From positions 8,984-62,609 of the forward strand of contig MQRK01185036.1 of the NCBI GenBank assembly GCA_001938485.1: DNA of 53,626 nt. Reading direction: 5' to 3'. Shown here piece by piece: positions 1-13,634 of the stretch; within the stretch, counting starts at the first letter, position 1, and every line of letters begins with the position of its first letter. A program made the translations under genes and the position numbers. This DNA is from Girardia tigrina (lineage: Eukaryota). The notes beneath the pieces are model-generated. The model made no database searches. It saw only the letters and a program-made list of their open reading frames with translations, and was not told the origin of the DNA.

Positions 1-1249
1 AAATGTGGTTCCAATTATTTCATCATTAATTCTCGCATTTTTTATGTATTTGTTTTAATTAGTAAATATATTTTTGGGAAACGAAGTTATTGTGCAATTC
101 ATATTAAAAACTAACACTTTTAAAATAAAATTAATTGTACATCATTAATTAATATATTCATATTTATATTTAGCATTTTAAAAATCTGGTTTATGAAAAT
201 TTAAAATAGTTTTCCTCATAAATTTGTTTGTAAAATGTAATTTGTGATAGAAAGAATTTTTTGTTCATGAATTCTTTTCTTGATCAAAGACCTAACACCA
301 CCCATTCTAAAGAAGCCTAGCAGACCTGATACGCGGTCGTCAGCTTTCCGTTTACGAGCTCTCTTTGGAACTCCTGTAAAGAACGACTAACCATGTTCAA
401 ATGTTCCATGGTTTCGCTTGTTTCTGGCTCATCCAATGAATGTTAGTTTGATACATTTGAAAACTGGTTTGAGCTTTCTGAGCAAAAATCTGCCAATTTG
501 TATTCTAATTCGCATGTTTCGATTTCTAGTGCTATCTTCTGCAAATAACGATCCTAGTAAGTTCAGTTCGCTCATCTATTCAATATCAGCATCGAGAATG
601 ATCTTTGCTATCCGATTTTTTCTACTCCTTTTAGATTCATTAATTTTCTTTTACGTACATTAATTTTCAAACCCATACAATTAAACATTTCATCCAGTAT
701 TGATATGTTAAGTATAAATTTTTCTAATTAAATAAATAAATTAACACTCATGAATGCTTTTGTCAATAGTTTAATAATTTCTTTATTCATCCATATCACA
801 AATCAGAATGAATATTGACTTGATGATGAGAATAAAAATGTCTTGAAAAACTTTGTCTGATTAAAATTCCGATTTTAGAAAAATTGCTTCTTAAGCAGGG
901 TTTCTATTCATTCTATAGGATCTGAATTTTAATTACACCAAAGAGTGTATTTACACAAACTCTTTTATACATTTATGAAAATATTATTAGTATTTATAAG
1001 ATAATATTGAAGGAATAATAACTTTCTAGCGACTAGGATGACCAATATATCTCTACTTTTATTTCTGTATCGACCAGCGTGACAAAAGATAATGAGAAAA
1101 ATATACTAATAGCGACCATAGCAACCATAGAAGAATGTAATACATGACGCAGAACAAGACATTATTAACTGAAATTCTTATATTAATATTAAGTTGATTT
1201 TTTCAAAATTTCAGGGAATATAATTCTATTTTTATGTTTAAAATGTGTG

Positions 1250-2260
1250 TCAAGAATGAGTGACAAATTAGTTAAACAAAAGATTAACATCACATTTCTG
1301 ATTAAACTAGATAGAAGAACATCTGAAATGATTCAATGCATGAAATTATTGCTGCCAAAAGAGTCGGTTTATAATAGATCGAAACAATTTGCTTGAGAAA
1401 GAGGATCAGTGGATGATTACAAGAGATTGGAGCGACCGTTTGGTATTAGGATTGATACCAACTTTGAAAAAAATCTTGAAATTATTATCCATGATTGACA
1501 TTTATCAGTTCGACAAATAACAGATATGTGAGGCATCAACGGAGAGACAGTTTGACTTATCTTGATAGAAAATTTAGGAATGAAAAACGCTTATTGTTAG
1601 TTGTTGCTAAGAAATCCAACAGAAGATCAGACCTTGCGCACGACATAAATCTGTACAGATCTCTCTAAATCCGGGGAAATGAATAGCTAACTTTTAAATA
1701 CCGTTATTATCATTGATGATACTTAAATGTTTTCATTTTACTCTGCAATGCAGATAGATAATGTCAGGAATGAACACATTCATTATTTACTAGGACTAAG
1801 AATGCATACATGTTGAAATACCAAATGAACTCTCTCTTTATCTGCTTTTTTTCCTTAAAAGGTATAATTCATAAGGAGGTCGTTCCTAATGGTCAGATGA
1901 TAAACCAGCAATTTTATCTTTTAACTTTAAGAAGGGTATGATCACGAACTATATCTGACAAATTAATTTTGCATTATGATAAGATTTAGTTCAGAAAGTG
2001 CTATCCGTACATTACTTTTACAAAATATCATATCCAAGTAATCTACCAGGTTTATATTCCAGGAAACATCCCCCTCTATTTTTATTTTTAAAATTAAAAT
2101 AAAATCTGATGGGTGTTATTTTTGCATCATTTAGCACGTTCAGAAAGCCATGGTTGATATATTACAGAATCTGACAGAAAAGAATTTCTACAACATGAAA
2201 TTTAGAAAGACAAAAGAAATATCTATATAGAAGGTGCGGATTATTAATTTGAGGGGTTAA
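1250..2260 (+). mobile_element. Heavily decayed mariner transposase remnant
   Basis: Fragments read MSDKLVKQKINITFLIKL, RLERP, DRHLSVRQI-like, LICFFSLKGIIHKEVVPNGQMINQQFYL and LHYD, with many stops and frameshifts. Boundaries approximate. Confidence 0.75.
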
Positions 2261-2364
2261 ATAACTTTTACAATATCACACTGGTATATAAGATTCTTAA
2301 TATCTTTGTACAATCAAAATTCTTTTATCACATATTTAATTTCAATTCAAAAAGAAATTGTACA

Positions 2365-2900
2365 CAGGATGATCCTGATGTTGGAGGACATTGAAAAAAA
2401 TGCATCATTCAATTATTCTCCTACACATGCAACAAGCGCTGAGATTATTACTATTTATATCTAGCTTGTTTATTTATACTGTTTCGATTAAATTTAACTT
2501 GTTTATATCCACGTGCGCAGTTTGAAATGATAAAATGATATTTTCATTACAATTTAACTCTTACCTTAAAAATGGAAGAAATAACTCAGCGACTGAACAA
2601 AGATCAAAAAGTCTTCATCGTCAAAATGTTTTTTAAAACTTTGAATAAATCCGAAACTTGTCGTGTATTTAAAAGGAAATTTAAAAGGAATATCAAGTGT
2701 GATACTGTTTTCAAGCTTATTATACGGTTAGAAGATACAGGTTCAACAGATGACTTCCTTAGACCTGGACTACTCGTCACCATTCACTGTACAGCAAATC
2801 GTGAAATTATTAGAAGTGAATTTTCTTTAAGTCTCAAAAAGTCGACAAACCTGCATCGATGAACTGAATATTTTCACAGCCTCTATTCGTCGATTGCTTA
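2365..2900 (+). mobile_element. 5' fragment of Tc1/rosa-like DNA transposon (HTH region)
   Basis: ORF 2572-2862 resembles a Tc1/rosa N-terminal HTH (KVFIVKMFF...FKRKF...LEDTGSTDDFLRPG). CAGG-type start near 2365. Confidence 0.6.
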
Positions 2901-3019
2901 TATTTTGTAGAATAAATCTGTGTTTTATGGTTGAAATATATTTCAATCTTTATTTTTGTACTTAACTTTTTTCTAAAAAAAATTGAACTTCATTTTTTAA
3001 TATTTTATGTAATTAATTT

Positions 3020-5020
3020 CTTTGATCAGAGGGTGTTAAACATTCAAAATCATCTATTTTGAAAAATCTAAATCCAAATACTATGAACTTAAAAATGATT
3101 TCACAATCATATAAAATTTGTGATATATTCAGCAATAAGACCTCAACTCCTCTCAGCTTTTTATTCCGATCTTATTTATAAATATACTTGTAATGGGTGT
3201 AACGCCGCATACATTGGAGACATATCTCGTCTTCTCTGCAAAAGGATCAAAGAGCATAGTCGATTGGATAATGGAAGCAATATTGCTGAAAATAATTTAA
3301 AATGTAAAAAGAAAATTGTAGAAATAGATTTTCAAATTCTGTGCAATCGATTTTAAAATTATTCGGAAAGTAACGTTGGAGGCCTTATCTAAAACCTCTA
3401 TGTATCTTAAAATTAATACTCAAGTTTGACACTGAACTTCTCCGTTTAACATTTTCAAATAGAGCTTTTATGAACCGTTAATTACATAATCATTCTTTTC
3501 ATATACAGTGCGTTCAAAAAGTAACTATGCACCTACAATTTCAAAACAAGAACAATCTCCTGTGTTCTAAAAATCAATAACAAAATATTTTGAATAGTCA
3601 ATTTTATGTGAAGAACAATGACCGTCTCTTAATTTATTAAAAATAAGAAGAAAAGAGTCACAACAACTGCTGGAAATGCCCCCCAAGTTCGTGAATACAA
3701 ACGTTAATTCGACGTTTCAAGTTTTCGAATACTCGATGAATTTCCTCTTGGGTGATGGCTTCAATTTGGTGTAGGATGTTATCACGTAGGTCTTGCAAAG
3801 TNNNNNNNNNNNNNNNNNNNNNNNNNNNNNNNNNNNNNNNNNNNNNNNNNNNNNNNNNNNNNNNNNNNNNNNNNNNNNNNNNNNNNNNNNNNNNNNNNNN
3901 NNNNNNNNNNNNNNNNNNNNNNNNNNNNNNNNNNNNNNNNNNNNNNNNNNNNNNNNNNNNNNNNNNNNNNNNNNNNNNNNNNNNNNNNNNNNNNNNNNNN
4001 NNNNNNNNNNNNNNNNNNNNNNNNNNNNNNNNNNNNNNNNNNNNNNNNNNNNNNNNNNNNNNNNNNNNNNNNNNNNNNNNNNNNNNNNNNNNNNNNNNNN
4101 NNNNNNNNNNNNNNNNNNNNNNNNNNNNNNNNNNNNNNNNNNNNNNNNNNNNNNNNNNNNNNNNNNNNNNNNNNNNNNNNNNNNNNNNNNNNNNNNNNNN
4201 NNNNNNNNNNNNNNNNNNNNNNNNNNNNNNNNNNNNNNNNNNNNNNNNNNNNNNNNNNNNNNNNNNNNNNNNNNNNNNNNNNNNNNNNNNNNNNNNNNNN
4301 NNNNNNNNNNNNNNNNNNNNNNNNNNNNNNNNNNNNNNNNNNNNNNNNNNNNNNNNNNNNNNNNNNNNNNNNNNNNNNNNNNNNNNNNNNNNNNNNNNNN
4401 NNNNNNNNNNNNNNNNNNNNNNNNNNNNNNNNNNNNNNNNNNNNNNNNNNNNNNNNNNNNNNNNNNNNNNNNNNNNNNNNNNNNNNNNNNNNNNNNNNNN
4501 NNNNNNNNNNNNNNNNNNNNNNNNNNNNNNNNNNNNNNNNNNNNNNNNNNNNNNNNNNNNNNNNNNNNNNNNNNNNNNNNNNNNNNNNNNNNNNNNNNNN
4601 NNNNNNNNNNNNNNNNNNNNNNNNNNNNNNNNNNNNNNNNNNNNNNNNNNNNNNNNNNNNNNNNNNNNNNNNNNNNNNNNNNNNNNNNNNNNNNNNNNNN
4701 NNNNNNNNNNNNNNNNNNNNNNNNNNNNNNNNNNNNNNNNNNNNNNNNNNNNNNNNNNNNNTTAAAACGCTCAGTGTCAAGGTCAAAGTGTGTAGGGTAT
4801 GTTTTTTGTTCACGAATCTATTTCATAGTTCGATTTCATAGAAATTTGCATTTAAAAAGTCTGCTACAACGCTGATTATCTAAAAATAAACCAGACAATG
4901 AAAGGTGCACAGTGACTTTCTGAACGCACTGTATAAGCTACGAAAACTAATGCTAATTTAGTCTGAAGATGGTAGGGAATCAACCAATATTTATTACAAT
5001 AGATTTTAAAAAATTATGTT
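3020..5020 (+). mobile_element. Penelope-like element 3' remnant (GIY-YIG endonuclease plus 3' region), split by a Tc1 element
   Basis: IYKYTCNGCNAAYIG...RIKEH motif. The 3' region resumes at about 4934 and matches the copy at 21180-21245. Confidence 0.8.
3506..4931 (-). mobile_element. Tc1/mariner (rosa-like) element with TIRs; interior mostly gap
   Basis: TIRs CAGTGCGTTCAAAAAGTAACTATGCACCT / AGGTGCACAGTGACTTTCTGAACGCACTG flanked by TA. Minus strand encodes a ...CIHELGGHFQQLL C-terminus. Confidence 0.85.
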
Positions 5021-5696
5021 CATTTTTTAGTGATATTTCTCCATTATTTTTTAAATTCCATACGTATTTTTATGTTAAAACTCCTTCAGAAAATTGCTAA
5101 CACCATATAACTTTTTAATCCTTACTAAACATTTGAGGGGCGGCAATTTACTACTTGATATAAATTATTAAAAATGAGTTGTTTCAACACATAATTGTAA
5201 AACCAAAACGTAAAGAAGTTAATCTTCGTCATACAAATTTATTTATTTTCGATAAATTTTTCTTTTCTAATATTTATTTCATTATTTTATATATCGAATT
5301 AAATACAAATTATAATTAATCTATAATTTATTATTATTTGTAACATATTCAATGCGAATTTAATATGAACAATTTAAAATGGTTTTCGTTTCTAGTTTTC
5401 TGAAGGAAATCTTTCATATTCTTTTTCTCATAAAATAAATAAATAAATAAAAGACTTGAGTACTTTTAAGTTCTTAATTTCTTCTAGAATACTGGTATTT
5501 TTCATGAGCAATGCTTAAAACGATAAAAACGAATACCCAATGAAGTGCTTCCAACACGTATAATGGACCAGCATATGGTGTCAAATGGCTTTTCATTACC
5601 GAGGAAATTACATTTTGTTTCACCAACTCCATTTATGCCCACATTTGAGAAACAGGTTGTCAAATGTCGCGACCGGGCATCGGTAATCAAGCTATA

Positions 5697-5704
5697 CCAC
5701 GTCA
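5697..5704 (-). promoter_or_regulatory. UPRE-type motif (TGACGTGG) upstream of the calumenin-like gene
   Basis: CCACGTCA about 75 bp upstream of the ATG, in a locally GC-richer patch. Exact match to the XBP1/ATF6 UPRE consensus. Confidence 0.45.
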
Positions 5705-5778
5705 CTAATAAATGAGTAATTTATTGGTATTTTTTATATATAAAGAAACAATAATTGCTGGCAGCCACTAAATTAATC

Positions 5779-6152
5779 ATGGTTTCTAAAACGATGTTTA
5801 TAATTTTCTTTCTAGTTTCGATAAATCTAACAACACGAGTTTCATGTTCCGAAGAAAGTCACCATGAAACAGAAGAACATCACGACGCTGATGAGCATCA
5901 TGAGACAGAAGATCAGCACAGAGACGATTTCACAGAACCATTTCATGACCATTACGACAAATCAGGCCACCATGAAGAGTCCTATGATCATGACGCAGTA
6001 ACAGGGTCACATCATGAATCAGAAGAGTTCAAAGATCTGGAACCAGAAGAAGCCAAAAGACGATTGGGTTTGCTTTTCAACAAGATTGATACAAATGCAG
6101 ACTTAAATATCAGCCGAAATGAATTGTTCGACTGGATGATCAAATCTTTTAA
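5779..6152 (+). CDS. Calumenin/reticulocalbin-like (CREC family) exon 1
   Basis: Signal-peptide-like N-terminus, His/acidic tract, YDHDAVTG...EEAKRRLGLLFNKIDTNADLNISRNEL EF-hand. GT donor at 6153 (phase 2). Confidence 0.93.
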
Positions 6153-6811
6153 GTTAGTTCTTCGGACAAAAGATAATTAATTATTTTATTCTTTTTTATT
6201 TGATTCTCTACAAAATCAAAAAAAAATTATAATTAATTTATTAAATTTTTATTTCAAAAAAATATTGGGAGATTTTTACTTTATTCTCCAAATAATAAGA
6301 TAAAATAGAAACGTCTCTTCGACAGAAATGGGAAGGAAATAGTTTGTCAGATGACAAAGATTTTATATATAAATATATTTTATATATTATCAGTTATCTT
6401 TTTGGAAACATTAAAAAAATATTATTTATTTATCTATTAAAATAATCTTAGAGTTTGATATTTTTCTCTATTTATTGTAATAAAGGATTTATTTTGTTTT
6501 ATAAAATGAAAAATTTTTTTATCAATATTCTTCTTTTAAATTGCTTTGGAAACCCTTCAGTATTATGGAAAATTATTTAATGAAACCGCACATTTTTTAT
6601 ATTAATACCTCACAGAACGACTGTTTCATTTTAATTATCTAATGGATCGTCAGGAAAATAAATCCATCAGATTATTTTCTTTTCCCCCCTTACAAAGTAA
6701 AAGGATAATTATTCTAATTTAAGTATCAATTTATGAGATTTGATATTAGATGTAAAATGAACGTAAAACTCAGTGAAGTATAAAAAATATATTAATAATT
6801 TCAATTTTCAG

Positions 6812-6977
6812 AAATCTCGACATTGAAGATGCCACTTCAAAAATCCAGGATTATGATGATAACAATGATAAAAAGGTTTCTTGGGGAGAATATGTGACAA
6901 AGATGTATAGTCATAGTGAAAAGGAAATCGACGAGATACTCAAATCCAAAAACGATGATATGAAGTCTTTCATATAT
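6812..6977 (+). CDS. Calumenin-like exon 2
   Basis: ttttcag acceptor; in frame NLDIEDA...YDDNNDKKVSWGEY EF-hand; GTGAG donor (phase 0). Confidence 0.92.
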
Positions 6978-7039
6978 GTGAGATTAAAGATTTTTCCTTT
7001 ATTTTTTAGGAAAAAATATAATATAAAATTATATTTATT

Positions 7040-7205
7040 TATATAATAAATATAACACGCAATATATAATATAATATTATATAATATAATATAATATATT
7101 ATAATATAATATATTATAATATAATATAATATAATAAACTATAATATACTATAATATATTATAATAATCTAATAAATATTATGCAATATATATAATATAT
7201 TATAT
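7040..7205. repeat. (ATAAT)n low-complexity tract
   Basis: Seen directly; (TA)n tracts also at 8331-8368, 21295-21334, 43716-43743 and 44395-44430. Confidence 0.9.
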
Positions 7206-8328
7206 AAAATTATATTTATTTCTTGAAAACAATATTTTAGAATGAAATCACATGCAAATATTTTATAAATAATTAAAACAAACATTTAGAAAAAAATAAT
7301 TTCGTTTAATTTGTTAAAATTAATTTTTTTCCCTTCTAAATTAAAATTTTTTAACAGTTCCGGATTTAAAATTAAATTGAAACAAATAAATATAAAAATC
7401 ATTAATTTAGTTAAAGTGCATTACGGTTTTTTTGTTTCAATTGACCCTCTGTGTTTTAATTGATCAACTTTAATGGAATAAAATTGTAATTACTCATGTA
7501 TTTTGTTGTTTAGTCTTGAAAATAAGATTTTAATGAAATATATTTTTATTTCTTGAATAAAAAATGAAAACAGGGTGTTTAGATTTATGTAAAGGTTTTA
7601 ACCAGAAGGTCGGGATCTCATTTTTATATAATTATGTTTATGTCAATAAAAACTGCTTAAAAATCTTCATAAAAATCTTTTGGTAGGGAGTTCGACAGAA
7701 AAGAAATTTTGGAAGTTTCGTTTCAAACAATACGATTAAAAAATGTTTTGTTTTAAATGTCGTTATATTTTGACCAATTCTAAGCCTAATTTAAAAAAAA
7801 TAATAAGTTCAAAGATTTTTAGTTTTTAAAAAAATATGAAAAAGAAAACTATTCAGTTGTAAATATACTTTGTTTTATATTTAATATAGTAACTAGTAAA
7901 ATTAAAAAAAATATATCCATTCTTTATGTTGGCGGAACTCTTTTTTGCCAAAAGAACATTTTTGTTATCTTTTGTAGAAGGGAAATTCGCTATTACATTT
8001 TTTATTTAATTTATATTTTTCGTAACTATCAAAATCTTTTGTATAAGAGAAAATTTCACAAAAAACTTTACAACTCCTTTTTCCAAAGCAATACTAACTA
8101 ATAACATAATAAATTTATTATAAAGCATGGAAGGAAAAAAACCAAAACATTTCTATTTAATACAGTTTAAACTTTTGTGGATAATCGTAAAACGTATTTT
8201 TGCAAAGAAAATTTTTGATTTATTAATTTGATCAAATTTTCACATTATAATTTATTGTCAAAAAAATGAGTAAGTGTGCAAAAAATGATTGAGTAACAGG
8301 CCTTCCAAATTAGGTTTCTAAATTCCAT

Positions 8329-8372
<44 letters not shown>

Positions 8373-8724
8373 ATAAATAGTGAATTATTTATTTAGGNNN
8401 NNNNNNNNNNNNNNNNNNNNNNNNNNNNNNNNNNNNNNNNNNNNNNNNNNNNNNNNNNNNNNNNNNNNNNNNNNNNNNNNNNNNNNNNNNNNNNNNNNNN
8501 NNNNNNNNNNNNNNNNNNNNNNNNNNNNNNNNNNNNNNNNNNNNAAATCATGTTATTGAAATTATTTTCCTCTGAATTTGATTCATGTATTCATTACATA
8601 CAAATTATTCAAAATAATAAATTTATTAAAAGAAAACAAAAGATAATTCCATTTTATTAATTCTTATAAAACAAAATAAAATAATACAATGACTCATGAG
8701 TATAATTGATACGAATACTTATAG

Positions 8725-8920
8725 GGAATCAATATGGACAGAAAGAAATTTCTCATAGCGGATAAAAATAATGACAGCGCTCTGGATCTCCATGAATTCA
8801 CGGTGTTTACCCATCCTCATAATTATCCAGAAATGGCTTCTTACGAAATAGAAAAAACTTTAGAGGATTTTGACAAAAACAAAGATGGAGGAATCGATCT
8901 GAAAGAGTATATCGGAGATG
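8725..8920 (+). CDS. Calumenin-like exon 3
   Basis: tatag acceptor; GINMDRKKFLIADKNNDSALDLHEF..FTHP..DFDKNKDGGIDLKEYIGD (two EF-hands); GTAAAT donor (phase 1). Confidence 0.95.
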
Positions 8921-10098
8921 GTAAATTATTTATATTATATTATATTATATTATATTATATTATATATCTTGAAAAATTTAATCAAATGATTATAAAAAAA
9001 TGAATTCAACAAATTTATAAAAAAATAATACCCGAAATTGTCATTAGCAATTATTTCAAATTAATATAGACACAGACAATACCAATTAGTGAATTATTAA
9101 AAATTTCTCATTTTTTTTTCAAAAATAAAAATTCTTATTGGAATAGGAGGAATATAAATTTAACAAATAATATTAAAAAATAATATCACATATTTTATTA
9201 TGTTTTCTTTTAATTTTCTTTTCCTTTATTTTTAAAGGAAAATTGTTATTATTAATGAAAGAAAATTTTAATTTATTAGAAGTAATTTTTCAAGAATCTT
9301 ATATTGTATCCCAAACCCACTCGAGACGTTTTGAAAGAGATACGTTTCCAGGAATAAGAGATAAATTGACTAAGTCTCAGTTTTTTCTACATAAACCATA
9401 ACTACAAGAAAACAAAAAAATGTATTATACATATTTCAAACTTCCTTCATAATTTATTTTATATTTTGGTGAAGATTATAATTAAACATTAAGATAAATC
9501 TTAAAATCTCAGGTCTTTTTCTGCAATATTTTCATATAAATAGTCAAAATTATGGTTAAATGTTTTCACAGTACATAAAAATGTTTTACTATACTGATAT
9601 AATTAAAACAAAAATATTTTAATTTTTGGTTTGCAGTTTATTTGGTAAATGAAGAGCGAATAAATTGCAGTTAACGACACTTCTTTAGCTATCATAAACA
9701 GCTGTCGAAAGCGATCTTATAACTAGACTCAATTTCCATATCTTTTGCTTAATAATTGATATATTTATATTTATAAATATTAATTTTATATAATTAAAGA
9801 GTTCCAAACGCTTTATAGACATTATGATAATAAAAATACTGAAATTTCATATTTTTATTTATTTTATTTATATTGCAAGGAATTTTGGAAATTATTTTTT
9901 TAATCCTTCATTTATTTCTTTAATTTCAATAATCACATTAATGTTTGAAAAACATAATTTTGAAAATTAACGAAAACAATAAAAAAAATATTAAAATCTT
10001 TTTTCTTATTTTAAGTAATATTTTAAGTTAAAATTTAAGTAATAAAGAATAATATTTTTTAAGAAATGGAAACAAGATAATTTGATGATATCCTTTAA

Positions 10099-10362
10099 CC
10101 ATTTGGGGACCTCGAGCTTCAATAAAGACTCGAGCTACGTCTCTTGAACACGTTAAGATACTTTAATTCAGTTATTTTTACATAAAAGAACTCATTTATA
10201 AAAGTTTGAAATAATTTTACTATTAGTTTTATTTAGTTTTTATTATTTAAATAAAATATTTTTCAAATAAATTAAAACATAAACTACGTAATTTTTTTGT
10301 AACATACCAAATATATCACCCAATCGATTTTTAAGAACGTCGAATATCCGACCCTCAAAGAG
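10099..10362. mobile_element. Non-autonomous piggyBac-like MITE
   Basis: TTAA on both sides; imperfect TIRs CCATTTGGGGAC / GACCCTCAAAGAG. Confidence 0.5.
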
Positions 10363-11699
10363 TTAATATCATAAATTTGAATGACAATTTTTTTACCACC
10401 TGTTAATAGCCCTGACATAATTATTATTAAAGTGTTTATTATTATTGCAATTAGAGTAATCTCCGAATCATAATTCTAATTAGTGTTATTTGTGGATTTT
10501 TTTAATCAGGATTATTCGACCAAATTTCCTCATTTCTCAATAACATTCATTATTTATTTAATTTTATAATACAATCAATGAATTAATTTTAATTTACATG
10601 AAAAAAATATCATTTAAATTATGAAAACTAATTAAAACTAATATTAAAATTATTTCAAACCTCTAAAATGTCTTTAACTAATAGATTAAAAATATTATTT
10701 ATATTAAATTTTTATCCTAACTTTTTACTTTTTATATTTTAATTTTATCGATTTATTAAATTTTTATTAATTTTAAAAATGTCAATTCTGTTTGAATAAT
10801 CATTTATCGCAAATTCCTCATTCGATTAATTTATAAAATTTTAATTTAATTCTTTAACCGAAAAGAAATTTCCAAAAGATAATAAAACAAGAACAATTTT
10901 ACCTTCTTAGGTTATCTCATATCCGAAAAAATACTCTCCATTCACGAACCCATCTGAGTATTTGTGTTAGGAAAGCTTGACCTAACAATGAACCAGTGGT
11001 GGATCATGGTTACATCATTGATTACATCATATGAGTTTTAATAATATTGGTTCCATAAATGTTATGTTTCACTTTTGTGCTAATTAAAATGGTTAAAATA
11101 GATTTATCAAACTTCCTTTATATTTAATATTTTTTATATGAAAATCGTCTTGATTTAAATATTTAATTGAGTATTCTCAAATCAAATTTGTGTCGTGACG
11201 AAACTTATTTTTATTAAATTAATTAACTCCATTTAGGAAACAGTTTAATATGATATTAGATTATTTTGATAAAACAATTAAATTGTTTTTTATTAATTTT
11301 AATTTTAATCATTTAATTCTTTTAAACTTCTATAAATTATCTTAATTTAATGAAGAAATTATTAAATTAAAAATTTTCAATTAATTCATATTAATATTGA
11401 TAATCTACTCAGAATATTCATTGAAACACGCAAAATGCTTCAAGGGATTATTTAGTAAAAATTATAGTTAAATAAAAATCTCATTTTGAAAAGATTAATA
11501 AATAAAATAAAATTTATTTTCATAAATTGAGAACCAATGTCCGTCTGTCTGTCTTCAATATCAATAATTATTCCGAGAAAAGTAAATTCGAAATCGTGAC
11601 AATACGGAGGATAATATTAATATGTAAAATAAATAAATAAATCTAGTTTTCCTATGCTTAAAGAAGTTACCCAGTCATTATTATTATTATTATTATTAA

Positions 11700-12181
11700 T
11701 AAGAACATTTAGACAAATCTCGTTTGAATTTTTATTACAATCAAATTTAGAGTCATTACAACTCTCCGAAAGTCTTTCATCGTTCTAATTGGTTTTCTTA
11801 TTTCTATTTTTAATCATGATTATTCGAACAATTTTTCTAAGTTATTTTTTAAATATATTAATTAATATTAATTAAAAATAATAAAATTTACCATTTCTCA
11901 ATAAATCCCAAAATAATAAAAATGTCATCAAATTATTAAAAATACATTTAATTTAAATTTTACTAAAAATTATTAAACTTAATTTTAATTTTGAAATTAA
12001 AGATATGAACTTATAAAATGATTATTTTAATTATGTTCGAATAGTCCATCACTTTAAATTTAAATAAAAAATACCAATTTCCATCTGGGTGGGAGAATCA
12101 CCATTCTAAATTCAACATACTTAAATCAACATACAGCATCCATACATTTATACATTCAAACAATTTAAAATATTCCTCACA
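11700..12181 (+). repeat. Dispersed repeat family, copy 1 (core CCATCTGGGTGGGAGAATCACC...CCTCACA)
   Basis: Near-identical inverted copy at 18592-19093; shorter cores at about 31761-31845, 40075-40150 and 40969-41000. Confidence 0.85.
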
Positions 12182-12301
12182 ATTATTATTATTATTATTA
12201 CTATTATTGTTTTTATTATTATTAGGATTCTATAATTATTATAAAAAATTATTTTTATTATTTTTTTATTATTGTTATTATCATTAATAATGATATTTCA
12301 G

Positions 12302-12412
12302 AGAAAATGGATAACGAAACTGAGCAACACGAAAAGAAATCTTTTAAAGAACATGATAAAGACAATAACGGTCTTTTGCAAGGGTCAGAAATACAAGATT
12401 GGATGATGCCTG
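12302..12412 (+). CDS. Calumenin-like exon 4
   Basis: tttcag acceptor; EKMDNETEQHEKKSFKEHDKDNNGLLQGSEIQDWMMP EF-hand; phase 1-1. Confidence 0.93.
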
Positions 12413-12790
12413 GTAAATTTATTTATTTATTTATCATTAAATACGAATTATATAATGAATTCCGTGTTATAATCAGTTATTAAATTGTAAAATTAACCGT
12501 CAATGAAAAGAAGACAATAATTTCTGTGAGGTAAAAGGGAATTGTTTGAATTAAGATTGAGCATATTTGCTCAACCTAGTAATTAAAAGCTCATAATTTA
12601 TCGTTAAAAAAAGAAATGTAATCGGATAATTAAAGAATGCAACAATGACATTTACTAATTTTCAATTATTCCACAATTCCTCTTCAATTTCAGAAATGTT
12701 CATGCTATAATTATTTCCTCAAACAAAATCGAAATTGCAAATTTATTGATTTTTTATATAATTTAAACAAATAATTTTCCATTAAAAATA

Positions 12791-12822
<32 letters not shown>

Positions 12823-12839
12823 TAAATATATTTTTGAAA

Positions 12840-13420
12840 AATACATTTGTTAAAAGTTTTATTAAAAAATCAATATTGTACATGTTTCGGAACTTCTTTT
12901 TCCATTATCAGCAATTATATTAATTAGTTATAATGTACCTTTGTTATAAAGTGAATTTAAAAGGGATAATTTATTTATTTATCTTAATTTAAGATATTAT
13001 TGGATAATAATGACAAGATTCTTAAAAAAAATTTAATTACAAATTTTGAGATTTGAAACGGTTTTACTTAGTTCATTTTGAATATTTATTAATGGGTTGT
13101 AGTGATTCACAAAACTGTCGCTCATAGTGTGAATCAAAGTCCTTCCGTAAAACAGAAAACTCAAACAGAAGAGAATCTATTTTTACAGTGTAACCAATGA
13201 TTAAAAATCTTATTCGATTGACTTGATTATGAATGTTCACTAATCCGGGTTTTGAGATGAGGATTTGTTTCTCCAGTGTACCAGTTATTACACCATAACA
13301 ATTGCACGTATAAACAATTATATTCTCGCCAATACTCTTCTTATGTCTTAAATCCTTAAGAATATGGTATTTTGATGATTTTTTTGTGCTCTTCATTGTT
13401 TTCGTCTTTATCATTTGCAA
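12840..13420 (-). mobile_element. Penelope-like element 3' remnant
   Basis: FSVLRKDFDSHYERQFCESL resembles the PLE GIY-YIG C-terminus (same peptide at 44682-44805), followed by a hammerhead-like motif. Confidence 0.7.
12875..12915 (-). ncRNA. Minimal hammerhead ribozyme motif (G8 mutated to A)
   Basis: Minus strand: ATTG-CTGATAA-T-GGAA aaagaag TTCC-GAAA-CATG-TA-CAAT. Confidence 0.7.
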
Positions 13421-13634
13421 ATTAGTTTCTTTTATTATTATTATTATTATTTGATTTAAATCTGTCTTTTTTTGCTAGAAAAACAATTTCTCTTTTGCAA
13501 AATGAAATGAGATTATACTTGATTGTCAAAATTAAAACACGTTGTTATTTTTAGCAAAAAACATGTAAATATTTTGAAATAAATAATTTATGAATCGAAA
13601 ATAATACTAAACAACAATTTTTCTTTTTATTCAG

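Noticed and set aside
280-663. Coding-like block
   Set aside because: Stops interrupt the minus-strand frames and no recognisable motif is present; probably a decayed repeat.
3752-4875. Long ORFs made of X residues (also at 31.1, 38.0, 43.8 and 53.1 kb)
   Set aside because: Artefacts of N gaps.
8398-8543. Gap following 'ttag' as a possible hidden calumenin exon
   Set aside because: Exon 2 (phase 0) joins exon 3 in frame with a plausible continuous CREC sequence, so no extra exon is needed.
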